Source of the DNA: Eubacteriales bacterium
GTDB taxonomy: Bacteria > Bacillota > Clostridia > Oscillospirales > CAG-272
NCBI GenBank assembly: GCA_045602385.1
Contig: JAZSBL010000030.1
Location: forward strand, 2,902-66,901
Direction of reading: 5' to 3'
Length of the DNA stretch: 64,000 bases
In this document: positions 61,249-64,000 of the stretch, piece after piece
How positions within the stretch are numbered: position 1 is the first letter of the stretch
How the letters are laid out: the number at the start of each line of letters is the position of its first letter
The notes under the pieces: generated by a model
What the model was told of the DNA's origin: nothing
Databases searched by the model: none
Seen by the model: the letters and a program-made list of their open reading frames with translations, nothing else
Translations under genes and position numbers: made by a program

Positions 61249-62091
61249 TTAGCCCAAAGGCTTTTTCTGCGCCCTTCTCTGCTCTTTTTTTCGTTTGACG
61301 ACGCGCGCAATAGCCTTGATTCCCATCGCAACCGATAGAACTATAAGCGCGGCCAAAGTGAAGCCTCCAATATAAAAGAACAAACACCACGGATATGGCA
61401 CCGTGCTCTGTACGACCCTGTATAACGGAAGGTAACCTTCCTCGTATTGACTGACGTAAAACATGTTAAAGGAAGCGTCCGCGGCCCAACCCTTGCTGTA
61501 GACAAACTCGTTTAGCGCGACAGCGCTTAAAAGACAGCAGACAAACACAGGGAACGCCTTAAGGAGCGTCTTCAGCTCCGCCTTAACACTATTTGTATAA
61601 TAGAGGAATATTCCTATTGTCAGCATCGAGCCGTGACATACCATCGTCTGAATATTTACACCGGTAAGCTCAATAAATACGTCACCGGGGTAGATCATAA
61701 CGGCAGTTCCCGCAAAGACCGCGTAGGTCGCAAGGAAGCAGCAAAGCGCATCTCTAAGTTTACCGCGGGTTACACCCACCAAAAGCCCGATATACATCGG
61801 CATTGAGCAGAATTGCCACGGGAAGGACCTCCAAGGAAAAATATATTCCGTCCAGTCACCAAGAGAATATCCTATTAAAATCATTTTATAGATTTCAAGA
61901 ACAAACACGATGATCGCTGTAATAACGATTGTCGGATACACGCTCTTGATAATCCCTTTTTTATATAGGAAGCAAAGCAGTGCGGCAATGACTAAAACAA
62001 GCGACCAACACAAAATATGGTACCAACCATACATTTGTGGGGGGTCCGCCATTGCGCACATAGCCTCCCAAACTCTTTCAAAGAAATCCAT
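61249..62091 (-). CDS. YwaF/TMEM164-like polytopic membrane protein (stand-alone paralogue of the ABC-fused domain)
   Basis: About 280 aa from ATG 62091 (GGAG RBS), starting MDFFERVW. FPWQFCSMPMY...YPG aligns with WPLHLCNTAMF...FP of the fusion protein. The ORF-track start at 62364 is an upstream extension. Confidence 0.6.
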   Translation of the reverse strand: MDFFERVWEAMCAMADPPQMYGWYHILCWSLVLVIAALLCFLYKKGIIKSVYPTIVITAIIVFVLEIYKMILIGYSLGDWTEYIFPWRSFPWQFCSMPMYIGLLVGVTRGKLRDALCCFLATYAVFAGTAVMIYPGDVFIELTGVNIQTMVCHGSMLTIGIFLYYTNSVKAELKTLLKAFPVFVCCLLSAVALNEFVYSKGWAADASFNMFYVSQYEEGYLPLYRVVQSTVPYPWCLFFYIGGFTLAALIVLSVAMGIKAIARVVKRKKEQRRAQKKPLG

Positions 62092-62124
62092 ATTTGCTCC
62101 ATTGTTTTTATTGTCAACCAATCT

Positions 62125-62153
62125 ATTATACCACCAAAAAAGAAAATATGCAA
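62125..62153 (-). promoter_or_regulatory. Candidate promoter (extended -10) for the 61249-62091 gene
   Basis: On the minus strand: TTGCAT (62148-62153), 17 nt, TGgTATAAT (-10 at 62125-62130). Confidence 0.5.
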
Positions 62154-62318
62154 CATTTATTTTCCTTTTATGATTTTTCATGCTAACTCTAAGAAAAACG
62201 AGTTCCCCGCAGAAGACAGTAACGCGGATTTCATAAATGAAAGCCCCCCAAAAACCGTCAGCTGCATTTTGTAAGCATTGTATTTTTATCCGCATGCCCT
62301 GCGCCGCAGAAAAAGCAC

Positions 62319-62347
62319 TTGATATTCTTTGAAGTTTATGATATAAT
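62319..62347 (+). promoter_or_regulatory. Candidate sigma-A promoter for the acyltransferase gene
   Basis: TTGATA (62319-62324), 17 nt, TATAAT (62342-62347). Confidence 0.5.
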
Positions 62348-62384
62348 GACCATGTCTTTTTCAAAATAACAATTCGAGGTGTTT

Positions 62385-63671
62385 ATGATTCAAAACAACA
62401 ATATAGACGTAAACTATAAAAATAAAAAGCGATACAACACCGCAAAATATCCGATCCGACAGCCCCTGTTCTTCGTTTGGCTGATATGGATTCTTTCAAA
62501 AATACTTCTAATCGGTAAAAAATATAAGGTTGAAAAGGTCAATATGGAGGGACTTAAACCGCCCTACATGGTGCTATCCAACCATATGTATTTCGTTGAC
62601 TTTGAGCTTGCGGCGCTTGCAACCTATCCGCACAGAGTCAATAACGTGGTAAACCTCGACGGATATTACCGCCGCGCCTGGCTCATGGAGCTTATCGGTG
62701 CTATCGGAACGTGCAAGTTTACCAACGACGTTCACCTTGTCAAGTCGATATATAAGACCCTTCGCCGCGGTGACGTGCTTTGCATGTATCCCGAGGCGCG
62801 TTATTCCCCCTGCGGAATAACCTCATATATTCCCGACTCGGTAGGCGCGCTTGTAAAGCGCGCAAAGGTGCCCGTAGTAACGATCGTTCACCACGGAAAT
62901 CACCTGGCATATCCCTTCTGGAACTTCAGAAAGCCCCGTAAGGTGCCGCTCCATACGGTTGCGACCAAGACTCTGACCCCGGAGGACATCGAAAAAATGT
63001 CGGTAGACGAGATCAATGCGCATCTGCGCGCTGCCCTCTCCTACGACGACTACAAATACCAGAAGGATAACGGCATACTTATCACAGAGCCCGACCGCGC
63101 CGAGGGCATGCACAAGATACTTTATCAGTGCCCGCACTGTATGGCGCAGTCCAAGATGAGCTCCAAGGGCGCGGAGATCTTCTGCACCGAGTGCGGAAAG
63201 CGCTAGACGCTCAGCGAGGACGGCGAGCTTGAGGCAAACGACGGCAACACCGAATTTAACCGTGTTCCCGATTGGTTCTTGTGGCAGCGCGAGCAGGTAA
63301 AGGCAGAGATCGAGCGCGGGGGGTATAGCTTCTGTGACGACGTTGAGGTCTATTCACAGCCGCGTGCGATGGGATTCGTCCATTTGGGAGAAGGAAAGGT
63401 CTCCCACGATCCCGATCGCGGCTTTGTTCTGGACGGCAACCACAGAGACGCTGACTATCATATCGAGCGCGCGCCTATACAGACAAACAGCCTGCACATC
63501 GAGTACGATTGGTGCTATCTGAAGCCCTTTGACTGCATAGATATCTCCACCGAAAACGACTCATTCCTCTGCTATCCCAAGAAGCAAAACGTAGTTACAA
63601 AGCTCGCATTCGCAACAGAGATAATATACGAAATGCACGCCCAGAGAAACAAAAAGGCAAGAGGAAGATAA
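62385..63671 (+). pseudogene. PlsC-family (lysophospholipid) acyltransferase with a zinc-ribbon C-terminal domain, interrupted by one in-frame TAG
   Basis: H(X)4D motif NHMYFVD and YPEARYS. ORFs 62379-63206 and 63279-63671 are in the same frame. The only interruption is TAG at 63204-63206 in CTECGKR*TLSEDGEL. Confidence 0.75.
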
Positions 63672-63687
63672 CCCCCAAAAAAAGGAG

Positions 63688-63719
63688 AAAAGGATGGACT
63701 TGTGTCCATCCTTTTTTAT
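63688..63719. terminator. Bidirectional terminator between convergent genes
   Basis: AGGATGGAC (63691-63699) pairs with GTCCATCCT (63704-63712), loop TTGT, followed by T6. Confidence 0.7.
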
Positions 63720-63726
63720 CGTTTTA

Positions 63727-63882
63727 TTACTCCTCAACCTCGAAAGCGTCCTTATCAAGGCCGCAGACGGGGCAGAGGAAGTCAGCGGGGACGTCCTCCC
63801 AAGCCGTGCCGGGAGCGATGCCGTTATCGGGATCGCCAAGCGCGGGATCGTATTCATAACCACAGGGGCAAATGTATTTCAT
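63727..63882 (-). CDS. rubredoxin (51 aa; below the ORF-track size cut-off)
   Basis: The minus strand translates to [51 protein letters not shown]. It has the conserved YDP..GDPDNG..PGT.(F/W).D.P core and the CPVCG second knuckle. Confidence 0.85.
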   Translation of the reverse strand: MKYICPCGYEYDPALGDPDNGIAPGTAWEDVPADFLCPVCGLDKDAFEVEE

Positions 63883-63946
63883 AGTTTTAATTCCTTTCTT
63901 GTTTTGATATCATTAGTATTGCCAAAAAGGCAAGATTTATTTGTTT

Positions 63947-64000
63947 TCAGGCGTCCATTACCTCAAATTGTGAGCCTGGCACCTTGCAAAGAGGACAATA
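63947..64000 (-). CDS. 3' end of a gene with a rubredoxin-like C-terminal knuckle (rubrerythrin-like?), partial
   Basis: The minus strand reads ...YCPLCKVPGSQFEVMDA* with TGA at 63947-63949. The CPxCxxxxxxF pattern resembles rubrerythrin/rubredoxin-type C-termini. Only 17 codons are visible. Confidence 0.4.
   Translation of the reverse strand, partial: YCPLCKVPGSQFEVMDA

Noticed and set aside
63204-63206. In-frame TAG as pyrrolysine or a reassigned stop codon
   Set aside because: No pylTSBCD-like genes or other in-frame TAGs occur in the window, and all other genes read normally with the standard code. A single TGG-to-TAG transition or a base-call error is the simpler explanation. It is reported as a finding, not as recoding.

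Overview
The window looks like a Firmicutes/Clostridia chromosome segment of about 50% GC, with consensus sigma-A promoters, AGGAGG-type RBSs and many rho-independent terminators. I saw no rRNA, tRNA, CRISPR array, transposase or integrase.

The main feature is a co-directional operon of about 15.8 kb (6154-21895, + strand). It encodes a glycyl-radical-enzyme bacterial microcompartment (GRM, fucose/rhamnose-type by gene content):
- Enzymes: acetate/propionate kinase, a class II aldolase, a CoA-acylating aldehyde dehydrogenase, a Zn-dependent alcohol dehydrogenase, PduL, a PduS-like Fe-S flavoprotein, an 843-aa glycyl radical enzyme and its activase.
- Shell: four BMC-H genes, BMC-P, a PduT-like BMC-T and a PduU-like permuted shell protein.
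- Also a PduV-like GTPase.
- The last two genes are a ParA/McdA-like ATPase and an overlapping gene for a Lys/Ala/Pro/Thr-rich, apparently disordered basic protein.

That last pair is my top candidate for an undescribed system, a positioning or segregation module for a catabolic microcompartment.

Other content, in order:
- An MDR-type ABC exporter, metG, and an ArsR/HMA/P1B-ATPase metal cassette with a textbook 12-2-12 operator.
- VanY-like peptidase, BspA-type LRR lipoproteins, cdd, a Ca-type P-ATPase, Fe-ADH, a CDF transporter, comM-like, nrnA-rbfA.
- A Re-citrate-synthase/GntR/aconitase/IDH operon.
- An operon that couples an ABC ATPase fused to a polytopic YwaF/TMEM164-like membrane domain with an ABC-2-like permease and a 1534-aa Ig-repeat surface lipoprotein.
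- Two disrupted genes: a frameshifted threonine aldolase and an amber-interrupted PlsC-like acyltransferase.
- A 51-aa rubredoxin missing from the ORF track.

All functional calls come from motif recognition by eye. No database search was possible.
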